DNA of 49,847 bases, from assembly GCA_964576505.1 (NCBI GenBank), contig CAZNVD010000006.1, forward strand, positions 741 to 50,587. Direction: 5' to 3'. The notes under the pieces were generated by a model, which was given only the letters and a program-made list of their open reading frames with translations, had not been told where the DNA came from and searched no databases. The stretch is from an uncultured Methanosarcinales archaeon (lineage in GTDB: Archaea > Nanobdellota > Nanobdellia > Woesearchaeales > WJKV01). A program made the translations under genes and the position numbers. Positions 34,212 to 44,304 of this stretch are shown in pieces (the stretch's first letter is position 1; each line of letters begins with the position of its first letter).

Positions 34212-36041
34212 ATGAGATCTGGCCCAACACCAGCCCAACTTTCTGAAATAGCCAAAAAACTTCGCATTCATTCTTTAGTTTCTACATCAAAAGCAGGATC
34301 AGGTCATCCAACTACTTGTTTATCAGTTGCGGAAATAATGGCTTGCCTTTTCTTTGGAGAAATGCATTACGATGTAAAAAATCCAAACAATCCAGGCAAT
34401 GATGAATTAATACTTTCAAAAGGTCATGCAGCTCCAATTTTGTGGGCATGCTATGCAGAAGCTGGCATCATTCCTGTGGAATCACTTAATACATTGCGTG
34501 ACATCCACAGTCGGCTTGAAGGTCATCCTACAGCAAGGATGCCTTGGATTAAAGTTTCAACAGGTTCTCTTGGTCAGGGACTTTCAGCAGGTGTTGGAAT
34601 GGCATTGTCTCAGAGGCTGTTAGATTCCCCTGCCCAAACATATGTTGTTTTGGGTGACGGTGAACTCGCAGAGGGCATGATTTGGGAAGCTGCCAATATG
34701 GCCCACGATCAAAAACTTGCAAACATCTGTGCAATTGTCGATTGCAATCGCCTAGGTCAATCAGGACCCACTATGCATCAGCACAATACTGAAAGATATA
34801 AACAAAAATTCGAAGCCTTTGGCTGGTATGCTCTCGTCATTGACGGTCACGACACTGCAGCAATCATTGACGCTCTCGAAGAGTGCCGCATGCAGGATGT
34901 TCCCTGTGCTATCATCGCTCGCACATTCAAAGGAAAAGGAGTTTCATTTTTGGAAAATAAAGATGGCTGGCACGGAAAAACATTATCAGCTCGCGAACTT
35001 GAGTCTGCACTCAAAGAACTGGGTCCGATGCCTGATATTAGTTCAAGCTCATTCATAAAGCAAGCATACAAAGTACAACTAAAAAAGGCACCAAAACCAC
35101 CTGCCATTCCTTTGAAACGATATTCTGATGGACTCCCAGTTGCAACCCGTGCAGCATATGGCCATGCACTTCTTGAGGCTGGAAGAGTTGACGACAGAAT
35201 TGTTGCAATAGATGGTGACGTTCAGAATTCAACTGGAGCTGAAGACTTCTTCAACACATTCAAGAAACGATCATTTCAATCATTTATTGCTGAACAAAAC
35301 ATGGCTGGTATTTCTCTCGGGCTGGCAGCCAAAGGTTACATTCCATTTGCTGCAACATTCGCTGCATTTTGGACTAGAGCCCACGACGTCTTCCGCATGG
35401 CCCAATATTCAGGCTCAAATGCAAAATTTGTTGGCTCTCATGTCGGAGTAAGCATAGGCGAAGACGGTCCATCACAGATGGGTTTGGAAGACATTGCAAT
35501 GTTCCGTTCCATCCCGAGCTGCATTGTTCTCTATCCGTGTGACGGTGTTTCAACCCAACGTTGCGTTCATGAAATGATCAATCATAAAGGTCTCTGCTAT
35601 CTCCGCACCACCCGCCCTAAAACACCATTAATTTATGAAGACGATGAAACCTTTCCAATCGGCGGTTCAAAAGTATTAAAGCAATCCAAAAAAGATTCTG
35701 CAACAATCATTGCAGCAGGCATCACTGTTCACAACAGCCTTGCAGCATATGAATCGCTTGAAAAGGAAGGTATTTTTGTGCGAATCATTGACGCATACTC
35801 TGTTCAACCTTTGGACTCAAAAACAATACTTAAGGCTGCAAAGGAAACAAAAAACATTATCGTTGTCGAAGATCATTACCCTGCTGGTGGATTAGGTGAA
35901 GCAGTTTCATCATTAGGTATCCCAATTACACATTTATGCATTAAAGATTTACCTCGCTCAGGCAAATCAGAAGAATTAATGGAAATGTATGGCATCAGTG
36001 CTAATCAGATTGTTAAGAAAGTGAAAGAACTTCTGAAGTAA
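34212..36041 (+). CDS. tkt: Transketolase (full-length, N- and C-terminal halves in one polypeptide)
   Basis: Conserved sequence begins at MRSGPTPAQLSEIAKKLRIHS..GSGHPTTCLS, with ATG at 34212. The GDGELAEG ThDP motif is present. The 46 codons upstream in the track overlap nnrD and look non-coding. Confidence 0.85.
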   Translation: MRSGPTPAQLSEIAKKLRIHSLVSTSKAGSGHPTTCLSVAEIMACLFFGEMHYDVKNPNNPGNDELILSKGHAAPILWACYAEAGIIPVESLNTLRDIHSRLEGHPTARMPWIKVSTGSLGQGLSAGVGMALSQRLLDSPAQTYVVLGDGELAEGMIWEAANMAHDQKLANICAIVDCNRLGQSGPTMHQHNTERYKQKFEAFGWYALVIDGHDTAAIIDALEECRMQDVPCAIIARTFKGKGVSFLENKDGWHGKTLSARELESALKELGPMPDISSSSFIKQAYKVQLKKAPKPPAIPLKRYSDGLPVATRAAYGHALLEAGRVDDRIVAIDGDVQNSTGAEDFFNTFKKRSFQSFIAEQNMAGISLGLAAKGYIPFAATFAAFWTRAHDVFRMAQYSGSNAKFVGSHVGVSIGEDGPSQMGLEDIAMFRSIPSCIVLYPCDGVSTQRCVHEMINHKGLCYLRTTRPKTPLIYEDDETFPIGGSKVLKQSKKDSATIIAAGITVHNSLAAYESLEKEGIFVRIIDAYSVQPLDSKTILKAAKETKNIIVVEDHYPAGGLGEAVSSLGIPITHLCIKDLPRSGKSEELMEMYGISANQIVKKVKELLK

Positions 36042-36122
36042 CTTTTGATTCCAGATTCTGAGCAACTTAAATTCAAGTTTCCGCCATTAGACATATAAAT
36101 TCACAATCCTCCTTCCACTTCA

Positions 36123-37265
36123 ATGCTTAACATATATGTTCAGTCTAATATTGGAAGTCAGTTAGACAAAACATTAGCCTTTGTCCCCGAGATATTCAAG
36201 TCTACAAATATAGCATTCTTTTTTTTAGTGTGTTTTTCGTTCTTGCTTCTATACTCAATGCTTTTGGTGGTCTTATCAAGATTCACAATGCTTCAAGACA
36301 GTGAAGGAAAAGTAGGCAAATCAGCCACCGTAGTCGCCTTTTCATTATCTGGACTTTCCATTTTAGCAATATTTGCATTCAAACCAAACATTTCAATATT
36401 CTTAGAAGAAACCTTTTCAGGTATCAGAAGTTACATGATTTTTATTCTTGCGATTGGTTGTTTCCTGTCTGTGTACGAATCAGTCCTTCATGCCACCCAG
36501 AAGCGTCATCTAGGTTTCGGTTTTGCATTTTTATCTACTTCATTTCTGCTTTTCACCATCTGGAGTTCAACAAGCAATGTCTGGTTATTTGTTATTGCTA
36601 TAATCTCTTTAATTTTCAGTGGCTTTGTTCTGATATTTAAGAAGTCAGAATCTATGGTTGATCATTTCTCTATGGATCATCCATTTGCATCGTCTTCTGA
36701 CGCAGAGAGAGAAAGAATTATAAGTGAGAATTCTCATCTATTAAAGAGTATGAAAAAGCTTGATGACGCCTTGCGCGAACTTGGAAGAGAATTTGGAAGG
36801 ACTGAAGTACCAACAGCATTCATAAACCGGCTTTCAGATGACAAATTGCGTGAAGCAATTCATACCGTCATTCAATTAACAAATGATTTTCTTGCTGATC
36901 TTGTTACAGTAGAGCGAAGCAACAGAGAAGCCATGGAATTTGTGGGAACTCTTCCTCAACATCCAACTAAGGAACAAGTAGACCAATATCTGCAGACCAG
37001 TCGCGCACATGCCACGAAATATTATTCTGCTGCGGCGTACAGAATTGCGAATGATCAAAAAGAAACAAAATATGCAGAATTGAAAAAAGCGTGGGAAACT
37101 GTTGAGCAGCAACACGCAAGGCTGAGTAGGACAACTGACCTCTCTGCATTTGAACACAATTTCATTATTCCATGGCGCCAAAACATGAAAATGGTAGAAG
37201 CCTATGTTAAAGATAAAGATATTGAAGAAATTGATGAATATTTGAAAAAAATATTAAAATCGTGA
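36123..37265 (+). CDS. Membrane protein (about 5 TM) with C-terminal cytoplasmic alpha-helical domain (hypothetical)
   Basis: 380 aa. The N-terminal half is hydrophobic and the C-terminal half is charged and helical. A TATA-like ATATAAAT lies at 36093-36100. Confidence 0.4.
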   Translation: MLNIYVQSNIGSQLDKTLAFVPEIFKSTNIAFFFLVCFSFLLLYSMLLVVLSRFTMLQDSEGKVGKSATVVAFSLSGLSILAIFAFKPNISIFLEETFSGIRSYMIFILAIGCFLSVYESVLHATQKRHLGFGFAFLSTSFLLFTIWSSTSNVWLFVIAIISLIFSGFVLIFKKSESMVDHFSMDHPFASSSDAERERIISENSHLLKSMKKLDDALRELGREFGRTEVPTAFINRLSDDKLREAIHTVIQLTNDFLADLVTVERSNREAMEFVGTLPQHPTKEQVDQYLQTSRAHATKYYSAAAYRIANDQKETKYAELKKAWETVEQQHARLSRTTDLSAFEHNFIIPWRQNMKMVEAYVKDKDIEEIDEYLKKILKS

Positions 37266-37301
37266 ATTAAACTCTTATTTAATATTCATTATTAATTTGT
37301 C

Positions 37302-38018
37302 TTACTTGTTGTATTCTCTTTTGCACAGATTCCAATTATTTTTAGTATAATCATTCAAACTGTCCCAGATCTCAAGTTTCCGAATTAATTTATCCACATC
37401 TACATCAAATATCTCGTAATATACTGACAGTTCCACAAACACAGTAAAAACACGAATGAAATACGCCTTTAACCACTGTGTATGCAAGAGCACACGCTTT
37501 AGGTGTTGGCTCGTTGTTCCGCTTATTGATGGAACGGGTTGTCTTGTCCGTAAATTGTTCAACTCAGCATTTATTGTTTCAAGTTGAGTAATAATATCTT
37601 GTAAATCTTTAATTTCAGCATTATGTTCTGTGAGCAGTTTCTCTCGTTCTTCTTCAATTGCCTTTTGTACTGCAGCAAGCTTGCTTTTCCCAAATCCAGA
37701 AACTCCTGCTTGTCGTTGCTGAATTGCTTCCTTTCTGAGTTGATCCCCGTGTAAAATAATTCTGATAAATTTGAAATGTTTATGGATCTGTTCAGTAACT
37801 GCGTTTAATTGTCTCGCAAATACATTCAACTCTCCAAGCACTACTTTGGTTTCCTCGCTTGCTTCTTTAGCCTGTTCTCCCGCAGCAGGTAAATCTCCTC
37901 TCAAAGTGTCAAGATGTCCAACAAGTGTTGTGGGATCGAGTTGATGTTTAGGTCCATAGCGCGCAAGCTCTATCTCTCTAACAAAACTCAATAATTCTGT
38001 TCTACTTGTCTTAATCAT
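37302..38018 (-). CDS. Coiled-coil protein (hypothetical)
   Basis: 238 aa with heptad-like charged helices. Its start lies 2 nt downstream of the stop of 38021..38635. Confidence 0.4.
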   Translation of the reverse strand: MIKTSRTELLSFVREIELARYGPKHQLDPTTLVGHLDTLRGDLPAAGEQAKEASEETKVVLGELNVFARQLNAVTEQIHKHFKFIRIILHGDQLRKEAIQQRQAGVSGFGKSKLAAVQKAIEEEREKLLTEHNAEIKDLQDIITQLETINAELNNLRTRQPVPSISGTTSQHLKRVLLHTQWLKAYFIRVFTVFVELSVYYEIFDVDVDKLIRKLEIWDSLNDYTKNNWNLCKREYNK

Positions 38019-38020
38019 AC

Positions 38021-38635
38021 TTATTTACCGCCTAATTCATTTTGAACTGCTGAAATAATGCCTTGTAATAACTTAATAAATTTATCAAAGTTTTTTCCTT
38101 TTTCTTCCTGGATTGTTTCAATAACTTGTGCTGTTTTTTCTATGACAATTTCCGAATTCATATCACTAAGAACTGCAATCATATTTTCAGCAATTGAAGC
38201 TTTCATTTTGTTGATATCTTCATGAGTAGCTTTCTCAAGATCAGCATATACTAGCTGCTGATTCTTTGTAAGTTCTCGGAGAATTTGAGCTTTCATCCTA
38301 TTTTGTTCCCCTGCGCTAAGTTTAGTAAAGTCACTATGTTTTTCAAGTTCTTGGATTTTCTCATCAATCAACTCCATAAGAACATATTCTCTTTTGTAAA
38401 CATAATTTCCATACGCTTGTAAATTTTTATTGAGATTCTCAATAGTTTGTTTTGTATGCTCAACTTTATTAATCGCATCATTTACAGATTCAGCAATAAC
38501 ATAAGTAGTCTGCCGCACTGCAACAACCTGTCCTTCAAGCTCCTCAAGAACTTTGTATTCATTTCCTAATTCTTTAGAAATTTTATCTACTCCTTTTCTA
38601 AATTTATTAACGTACTCTTCAACAGGATCTGCCAT
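38021..38635 (-). CDS. Coiled-coil protein (hypothetical)
   Basis: The track start is TTG 38656. ATG 38635 gives MADPVEEYVNKF... at 204 aa. The sequence is all alpha-helical and charged. Confidence 0.4.
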   Translation of the reverse strand: MADPVEEYVNKFRKGVDKISKELGNEYKVLEELEGQVVAVRQTTYVIAESVNDAINKVEHTKQTIENLNKNLQAYGNYVYKREYVLMELIDEKIQELEKHSDFTKLSAGEQNRMKAQILRELTKNQQLVYADLEKATHEDINKMKASIAENMIAVLSDMNSEIVIEKTAQVIETIQEEKGKNFDKFIKLLQGIISAVQNELGGK

Positions 38636-38723
38636 AATACCCCATCCAAGAACCAAATTCTATTTTTAAGCATTCTCTAACTCAAGAAGATAGCAACTTA
38701 AGAATCAATTTGCAACCCAGAAT

Positions 38724-39842
38724 CTAGAATCCTTGCTTCTCTACGTACGATGCAACAGTCTTTTCCGCTTTCTTCCGTGCTTTATGATGTTTTTCTAAGA
38801 ACTCACTTACCTTCTCAGCAGCAATCTTCTTTAACTCTCCACTGAGCAATTTCCCTGCCTTATACGATAGATAAATCTCTTTCAATGCTTCATCATCTTC
38901 CTCAAGTCCGTAACGCAACATCTGGAAGCTCACATCAATCTCAGGATTTCCACCTTTCTTTCGATGTTCTTCAAGTGTCGCCTGTCCACCAGAGAATGCA
39001 TACTTCATAATTTTCTTGCTCGCTTCATCAGGGCTGTCAGTCAGTGCAATATAGGACATCGGATCAGAAGAACTCATTTTCCCGCCCTTAAGTCCGGGCA
39101 TAAACAGATGATACGTACTACTGAGCTGACAAAAATCATGCACTTTGTACCGTCCACAAATATCCCGCGCTAACCGTATGTGCGGATCTTGATCACTTCC
39201 CACGGGAACAATAACAGGCATCCGTCCTTCAAATTCTGGAAGCTGCGGATGAAACATATCAGCAGCCTGTAAAAGAGACGAGGCCATTTTTCCTGGATCA
39301 ATCTCTCCATACACTGCTTTAAATTCATTAAATGTTGCATGCCGCGCAAGCGTCGAAGCGAGACTGTAATATGCACTCGCCTTCTTACCATCAAGTGACC
39401 GTTTTGACTGGAAATAGAAATCACACTTTTTCAAATCTAACCCGAGAGCAACATAATTCATTAAATATTCTTCAATTGCAATCTTCCGCAATTCCTCCAT
39501 ATTAGGAATCCTGGAATTGTACCCTTCAACATCTGCGACTGTAATATATACGTTAGCCCCAAGCTCCTGATAAAAGATGCATTGGTCCGCCACCATCTTA
39601 TGCCCGAAATGGAATTTACCAGAAGGCATAAGCCCAGTCATCATAGCAAAAGGCTTTTTCTGCTGTACGCATCCAAGAATCCTTTCAATATCTCTATGCG
39701 CAAAAATAATCCCTCTTCTAAATAGAGTCTGCCCTAAAAATTTCTTAGGCAGCTCTGGAAGCTCCTGTAATCCAAATTCCTTAATGAGCTTTTTATAATC
39801 AATAGAACCCTTCACTTCCCATGGCGTAACCTTAGCATCCAT
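38724..39842 (-). CDS. trpS: Tryptophanyl-tRNA synthetase, archaeal/eukaryotic type
   Basis: Conserved sequence starts at MDAKVTPWEVKG.IDYKKLIKEFG, with ATG at 39840-39842. It has the HIGH-type GKFHFGH motif and KMSSS. A TATA (TATATAAA on the minus strand) lies at 39865-39872. The 76 extra N-terminal codons in the track look spurious. Confidence 0.85.
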   Translation of the reverse strand: MDAKVTPWEVKGSIDYKKLIKEFGLQELPELPKKFLGQTLFRRGIIFAHRDIERILGCVQQKKPFAMMTGLMPSGKFHFGHKMVADQCIFYQELGANVYITVADVEGYNSRIPNMEELRKIAIEEYLMNYVALGLDLKKCDFYFQSKRSLDGKKASAYYSLASTLARHATFNEFKAVYGEIDPGKMASSLLQAADMFHPQLPEFEGRMPVIVPVGSDQDPHIRLARDICGRYKVHDFCQLSSTYHLFMPGLKGGKMSSSDPMSYIALTDSPDEASKKIMKYAFSGGQATLEEHRKKGGNPEIDVSFQMLRYGLEEDDEALKEIYLSYKAGKLLSGELKKIAAEKVSEFLEKHHKARKKAEKTVASYVEKQGF

Positions 39843-39916
39843 ACCCTCAGAAGCTTCTTTTGAATTTATATAGTTAATGCTAATAAACGATTCATTAGAC
39901 TCAGTCCAATTTCCGA

Positions 39917-40402
39917 GTGCATAAGCACTTAAATTCCAAAAGCACAGATTATGTTGTGGCTTCAGAAAATGTGCATTTCGATATAAACTATTATTTTGAT
40001 ACTTGTATCTGGCGTGACCATAATGAGAATCGTACTGGAAAAGGTGGAAGACCACTAGGTGAAATTGCAAGCAGGCTCATTATGAAGTTTATCACAGAAA
40101 GGATACCTATTTTATACTCTGAATTCATAACTCGCGAACTGAAAATAGATTATTCTGATGACGAAATAAATGATATGTTCAACATTCTTCATATAACTGG
40201 TAACTTGATTAAAGTGCCGATAAGCAAGCAAATTGTGGAAGAAGCAAGTAAGTTACATAAGGCACGAGGAATATCATTGGGCGATTGTTTGCATGCCCTC
40301 TTAGCTCGCAGCAACAATGATCTTAATGTTACTCAGAATATAAACGATTTCGAAAAGATAGCAGATATTGTTATTTCTAAGAAACCCGAACACTTGCTTT
40401 AA
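39917..40402 (+). CDS. PIN-domain protein (VapC-like toxin candidate)
   Basis: The four acidic PIN positions are plausible: YYFDTC, SEFITRE, LGDCLHA and NDFEKI. The track start is GTG 39917. In-frame GTG 39971 (VHFDINYYFDT) fits typical PIN N-termini better. Confidence 0.6.
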   Translation: MHKHLNSKSTDYVVASENVHFDINYYFDTCIWRDHNENRTGKGGRPLGEIASRLIMKFITERIPILYSEFITRELKIDYSDDEINDMFNILHITGNLIKVPISKQIVEEASKLHKARGISLGDCLHALLARSNNDLNVTQNINDFEKIADIVISKKPEHLL

Positions 40403-40662
40403 ACATCTACATCAAGTTCTTTGGCGATTTGACGTGCAACTTCTTCTCGTGTTTTCCTATTTTCTTCATAAGTAGTTTTTTTGCTTGCCTTCCCTCGAAG
40501 CTTGAGAAATTGTTGAATAAGCTCATCCCTATCTAAATCTGCGAGTTTATCCCTTACTGCCTCTCGAATAAATTCAGTCCTTGAATTAAAATTATTTGTA
40601 GAAATACTTTCATCTATTTTTTTCAAAATATCTTCCTGAAACTTAACACTGACAACTTCCAC
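40399..40662 (-). CDS. Ribbon-helix-helix (CopG/NikR-N-like) DNA-binding protein, antitoxin candidate
   Basis: 87 aa with a GTG start. The N-terminal beta-strand plus two helices are VSVKFQEDILKKIDESI....NSRTEFIREAVRDKL. It is convergent with the PIN gene, and the two stops overlap in TTAA. Confidence 0.65.
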   Translation of the reverse strand: MEVVSVKFQEDILKKIDESISTNNFNSRTEFIREAVRDKLADLDRDELIQQFLKLRGKASKKTTYEENRKTREEVARQIAKELDVDV

Positions 40663-40672
40663 AGTAATACAA

Positions 40673-40692
40673 TGTAGTACTTTGTAGTATTT
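40673..40692 (-). promoter_or_regulatory. RHH-gene promoter/operator: 10-nt tandem repeat TGTAGTA(c/t)TT x2 next to TATA (ATATTTAAATA)
   Basis: tgtagtactt occurs at 40673-40682 and tgtagtattt at 40683-40692. Both lie between the TATA-like tatttaaata (about 40688-40698) and the GTG start at 40662. Confidence 0.4.
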
Positions 40693-40842
40693 AAATATTT
40701 CTCTCTTTAAGACAAGGAAACTCTCGAATCAAAGCAATATTGATTCCGGCTTTAACTCCATTTCTTTTCCTGAATCAGACAAATAATTTATAAATAAGTA
40801 AAATCAAGAAGTTAATAATTACAGGTATGGAGGATACAAACA

Positions 40843-41391
40843 ATGACTACAAAAGGATATAATGTTGGTTACGAGTCTGGAGCAGACGGACGCGGACTTA
40901 TCGGTAAAATGGGTGGAATCGGAATGTTATTTGGCTCAGCTTCATTATTTGCAGATGAGAGTGGCCAAAAATTGCAAGACGCATCGCCACAAGCAATAAC
41001 ATGCGAATCTGAGTTGGAAAGATACGTAAAGCTGGTGGACAAAAATACTATTGAGATTGGATTAGACTACTTTTGTAGGATGCAAGACACATTAACATAT
41101 ACAAAAAAAGATGGTCGCCTTTGGAGTCTGGTTCGAAACGAAACTATTGACAACATATTTGGATTTGATTCTGGTTTGGAGAACCGTGGTCTTTGGACAA
41201 TAAATGCTGAGATACATAATGAAAATTGGCATTATGCTTTTAATGGATCTTCGCACGTAATTGCAAGCAAATCGGGTAGTCCGATTACAGTCTGCCTTGG
41301 AGAATTTTTGGTTGGTGATACCAATGATCTTTTGGAATTCCTCAACACATACAAAGATTGCATCCGCACTGGTGATAGCCAAGCAGAATAA
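40843..41391 (+). CDS. Hypothetical protein
   Basis: 182 aa. GGAGG lies 8 nt upstream of the ATG. I recognised no family. It is convergent with the giant-protein operon. Confidence 0.35.
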   Translation: MTTKGYNVGYESGADGRGLIGKMGGIGMLFGSASLFADESGQKLQDASPQAITCESELERYVKLVDKNTIEIGLDYFCRMQDTLTYTKKDGRLWSLVRNETIDNIFGFDSGLENRGLWTINAEIHNENWHYAFNGSSHVIASKSGSPITVCLGEFLVGDTNDLLEFLNTYKDCIRTGDSQAE

Positions 41392-41420
41392 TTTTCTATT
41401 TTTTCTTTCTCTTTTCTTTC
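41392..41420 (+). terminator. T-rich archaeal terminator region
   Basis: The sequence ttttctattttttctttctcttttctttc follows the stop at 41389-41391 directly. Confidence 0.4.
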
Positions 41421-41459
41421 GCAACCCTCGTTTCTTTTGAAACTCAGAAACACTTGATT

Positions 41460-44303
41460 CTACCTGCACACAAAATCACTATCACAAGATAATCCAGAAG
41501 CATCACAATCCATATAACTTCCTTTATTGCAGGCTTGATCTCCGCCACAGAAATTATCCCCTACCCCATCATCCCCGCAACACGCACTCCGTGGAATAAA
41601 GAATGTACTCCATTTCACAACCTTGTAACCACACGCAGTACAGCTGTCTTCATCATCATCAGGATCAATCCAACTTCCCGAGGAACAATAACCAGCTGCA
41701 CTACAAGCCCCACTACTATAGCAAGCTCCATCATATACACATCCACTACTAGAATCACAACACGCAGAACTTCCATCATCTCCAACTTTCACAGTTTCTC
41801 CCGCTTGATTCCCGCAACAAGATCTATCTCCTTTCCCACTAAACCAGCTGAATCCGCATGAATTACTTTGACAGGCAGATTGAGACGAATCCAATGAAAC
41901 AATGCTTCCTTCGCAACTCGCGCTCCCCGAATCAGTGTACTTGTAAGTCACACATCCTGAACTCGCACACGTAGCACAATCAATGCTTGATGTCTCATAA
42001 TTACCAGGATTGCTTCCGCTCAATACATAATAATCATACGAGCTGCACGCAACACAATTCACAGTTCCCGAACATCCTCCTGACGAACATCCGCTTTGAC
42101 ATATTCCTGATGTTGTAGACTTCCATGTTGCATCACACACTCCACTTCCAGAAGTAAATTTCTTTTCAAAGCTCTCTCCACCAGCATACATTGTGCAGCT
42201 TGGAGTTCCCATTAACAATGCAGAAGGTCCATTACACTGCTCCACTCCTGCATTATCCGCACATGAAACCTTTTCAAGTACAACATCAAATTCACCATCA
42301 CACATATTTCCTCTTTTCCCTGAACAAGTCCTTGCTACAGAAACCTTCACCAGATCGTTTCTCTCTGCTCCCGTCATTCCTGAAATGAATGATTTCACTT
42401 TCCCAATCTCTGCTGAAGTCACACCTGAAACATAATCTCCCAAACTATCGACAGGGACCAATGGTAAAATATAAACAGTCTGCTCATAACATGGTGTTCC
42501 AGCAGGTGCAACCTTCCATGCAGTATTCAGGTCAGCCGGATCTCCAATACAACATGCATGATCTCCTAAATATGAATCAGTTGTAGTATTACTATATTTA
42601 TCATAAGGACTTGAAACAGCAGCATATGGATAAGGCGGAGAATTAGAGCGATGCGGTACGCATTCATGTATCTCAACATCAAAATTCTCCGTATCTGACG
42701 TTACACTTGATGCAGTTACAGACATTTTATGCATTCCCTTTGTGGACAATCTTCCTGATGGAAGCAAATTGATATCTATCTTCCTATAATCAAGTACATT
42801 AAACGGATGATAGAAACTGCTTGCAAATTCCTCTGTCCCTGAAAAAAACACTACCCCTGCTTCACTCCAGCTATACACAACATTCCCTGGATTAAACACA
42901 TCAACAGTTTGTCCGCTCAGATAATAAGGATCTTCCACTGACCCGTGCCCGAGAGCAATATCCTCATAAATGCTTCTTCCTCCACCTTCAACCTGAATCT
43001 CATCATCAACTAACACTTTAACAGTCTGCCAATCCTCTTGAGTCCCATCACTTATTCTTATCATAAGTTCATGTGGCCCTATATCTCGCCCTTCCACAAA
43101 CACAGAAGCATCCTTTCCGCTCGATTTAAACAAACTTCCCCCTTCCCATGTTTTATCATAAGCAATACCTGTTTTTTCTCTTGTCGCAGTACTCTCATCA
43201 AATATCTCATCATAATCCTGCTTCCATCCTGAGTATGAATATGTTACCGGATCTTCATTAACATCAAATCCATTAGGATTTATTGTCAATGTATTATTTA
43301 CATAAACAACATAATCATACAATGAACTCGAAATCTCCCCCGTAACATAGCTCAACATAGGTGGGAAATCATCCCTCATGAAATAAATCTGCCATGGCTT
43401 TCCATCAATAGTTGACACATTATCACTCACCATTATGAGATCTTTTCCATGCATTACATTTCTGACAATATCAACCTGCATTCCATCTCTATAATGCGGC
43501 AACCGCCTGAAATTATCTTTTACATTGAAATCATAATAAGATGCATCCCACAATAATAGATCATAAAGGAAGCTATACACAGGTTGCAATCGAATCGGCA
43601 ACTCTACCGCAAACCTTTGAGAATAAGTATCAGCACCTCTATATGATGAAAACACAATAGGATATTCAAGATTAACCAGTAGTCTATTGAGTGAAGCCTC
43701 AATCTCCACTGCAATATCACCTTGTTCAGAAGTCGCTTCAAACATTCCAGAAGCATTCATCAATGTTTCAAGATCAACGCATTCATCCACCCGTGCAGCT
43801 ATAGCTTCTTCCAATTGTTTTACAATTGATTCATTTCCTCTATCAAAAGGTTTCAGAAATGACTTCCCGCTCACTTTTCCAATTGGAGAACTAGGATCAT
43901 ACGAATACTTACATCCTGCATCTGAACACGGATATCTTGGCGGAGGCATGTAATCAGGATTGGGTGTCAAAAGAAAAGGAATCGTTGAATTCAGTTTACT
44001 ATAATAAATAGGCACAGGATCAGAACAATCATTCGCTCCACACGAAAGAATCGCCCCATCTTGTCCAGAATAAATATGCATTCCTTGCTTTCCCATTTGT
44101 AACAAAGCATCCTTCACAGATTTATCCCGGCAGCTTTCCACATATTGTTGCAATTGAACACTCTGAATCAGCGCAAGTCTTCCCTGTTCTCCACCTTCTG
44201 TAGTCTGAGACAGCATCTGGCTGAGAAGAATAAGAATAATTCCCATTATTAAGATTACAATTCCAAGAATCATAAACAAACTTACTTGAGATTTAGACTT
44301 CAT
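41460..44303 (-). CDS. Giant extracellular Cys-rich protein with class III (type IV pilin-like) or signal-anchor N-terminus
   Basis: 947 aa. The N-terminus is MKSKS-QVSLFMILGIVILIMGIILILL. The middle has beta-rich Ig/PKD-like segments. The C-terminal region of about 330 aa is packed with Cys (GCSSGGCSG, CVACSS, CATCASSGC, SACCDSSSGC, SACCGDDGVGD). Many N-x-S/T sequons are present. A 1-nt gap separates it from the upstream gene. Confidence 0.6.
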   Translation of the reverse strand: MKSKSQVSLFMILGIVILIMGIILILLSQMLSQTTEGGEQGRLALIQSVQLQQYVESCRDKSVKDALLQMGKQGMHIYSGQDGAILSCGANDCSDPVPIYYSKLNSTIPFLLTPNPDYMPPPRYPCSDAGCKYSYDPSSPIGKVSGKSFLKPFDRGNESIVKQLEEAIAARVDECVDLETLMNASGMFEATSEQGDIAVEIEASLNRLLVNLEYPIVFSSYRGADTYSQRFAVELPIRLQPVYSFLYDLLLWDASYYDFNVKDNFRRLPHYRDGMQVDIVRNVMHGKDLIMVSDNVSTIDGKPWQIYFMRDDFPPMLSYVTGEISSSLYDYVVYVNNTLTINPNGFDVNEDPVTYSYSGWKQDYDEIFDESTATREKTGIAYDKTWEGGSLFKSSGKDASVFVEGRDIGPHELMIRISDGTQEDWQTVKVLVDDEIQVEGGGRSIYEDIALGHGSVEDPYYLSGQTVDVFNPGNVVYSWSEAGVVFFSGTEEFASSFYHPFNVLDYRKIDINLLPSGRLSTKGMHKMSVTASSVTSDTENFDVEIHECVPHRSNSPPYPYAAVSSPYDKYSNTTTDSYLGDHACCIGDPADLNTAWKVAPAGTPCYEQTVYILPLVPVDSLGDYVSGVTSAEIGKVKSFISGMTGAERNDLVKVSVARTCSGKRGNMCDGEFDVVLEKVSCADNAGVEQCNGPSALLMGTPSCTMYAGGESFEKKFTSGSGVCDATWKSTTSGICQSGCSSGGCSGTVNCVACSSYDYYVLSGSNPGNYETSSIDCATCASSGCVTYKYTDSGSASCEGSIVSLDSSQSACQSNSCGFSWFSGKGDRSCCGNQAGETVKVGDDGSSACCDSSSGCVYDGACYSSGACSAAGYCSSGSWIDPDDDEDSCTACGYKVVKWSTFFIPRSACCGDDGVGDNFCGGDQACNKGSYMDCDASGLSCDSDFVCR

Positions 44304-44304
44304 T

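Noticed and set aside
39843-40070. A 76-codon N-terminal extension of trpS in the ORF track.
   Set aside because: The sequence is aromatic/His-rich and unlike any TrpRS. A good TATA box (39865-39872) lies inside it, 23-30 nt upstream of the conserved MDAKVTPWEV start.
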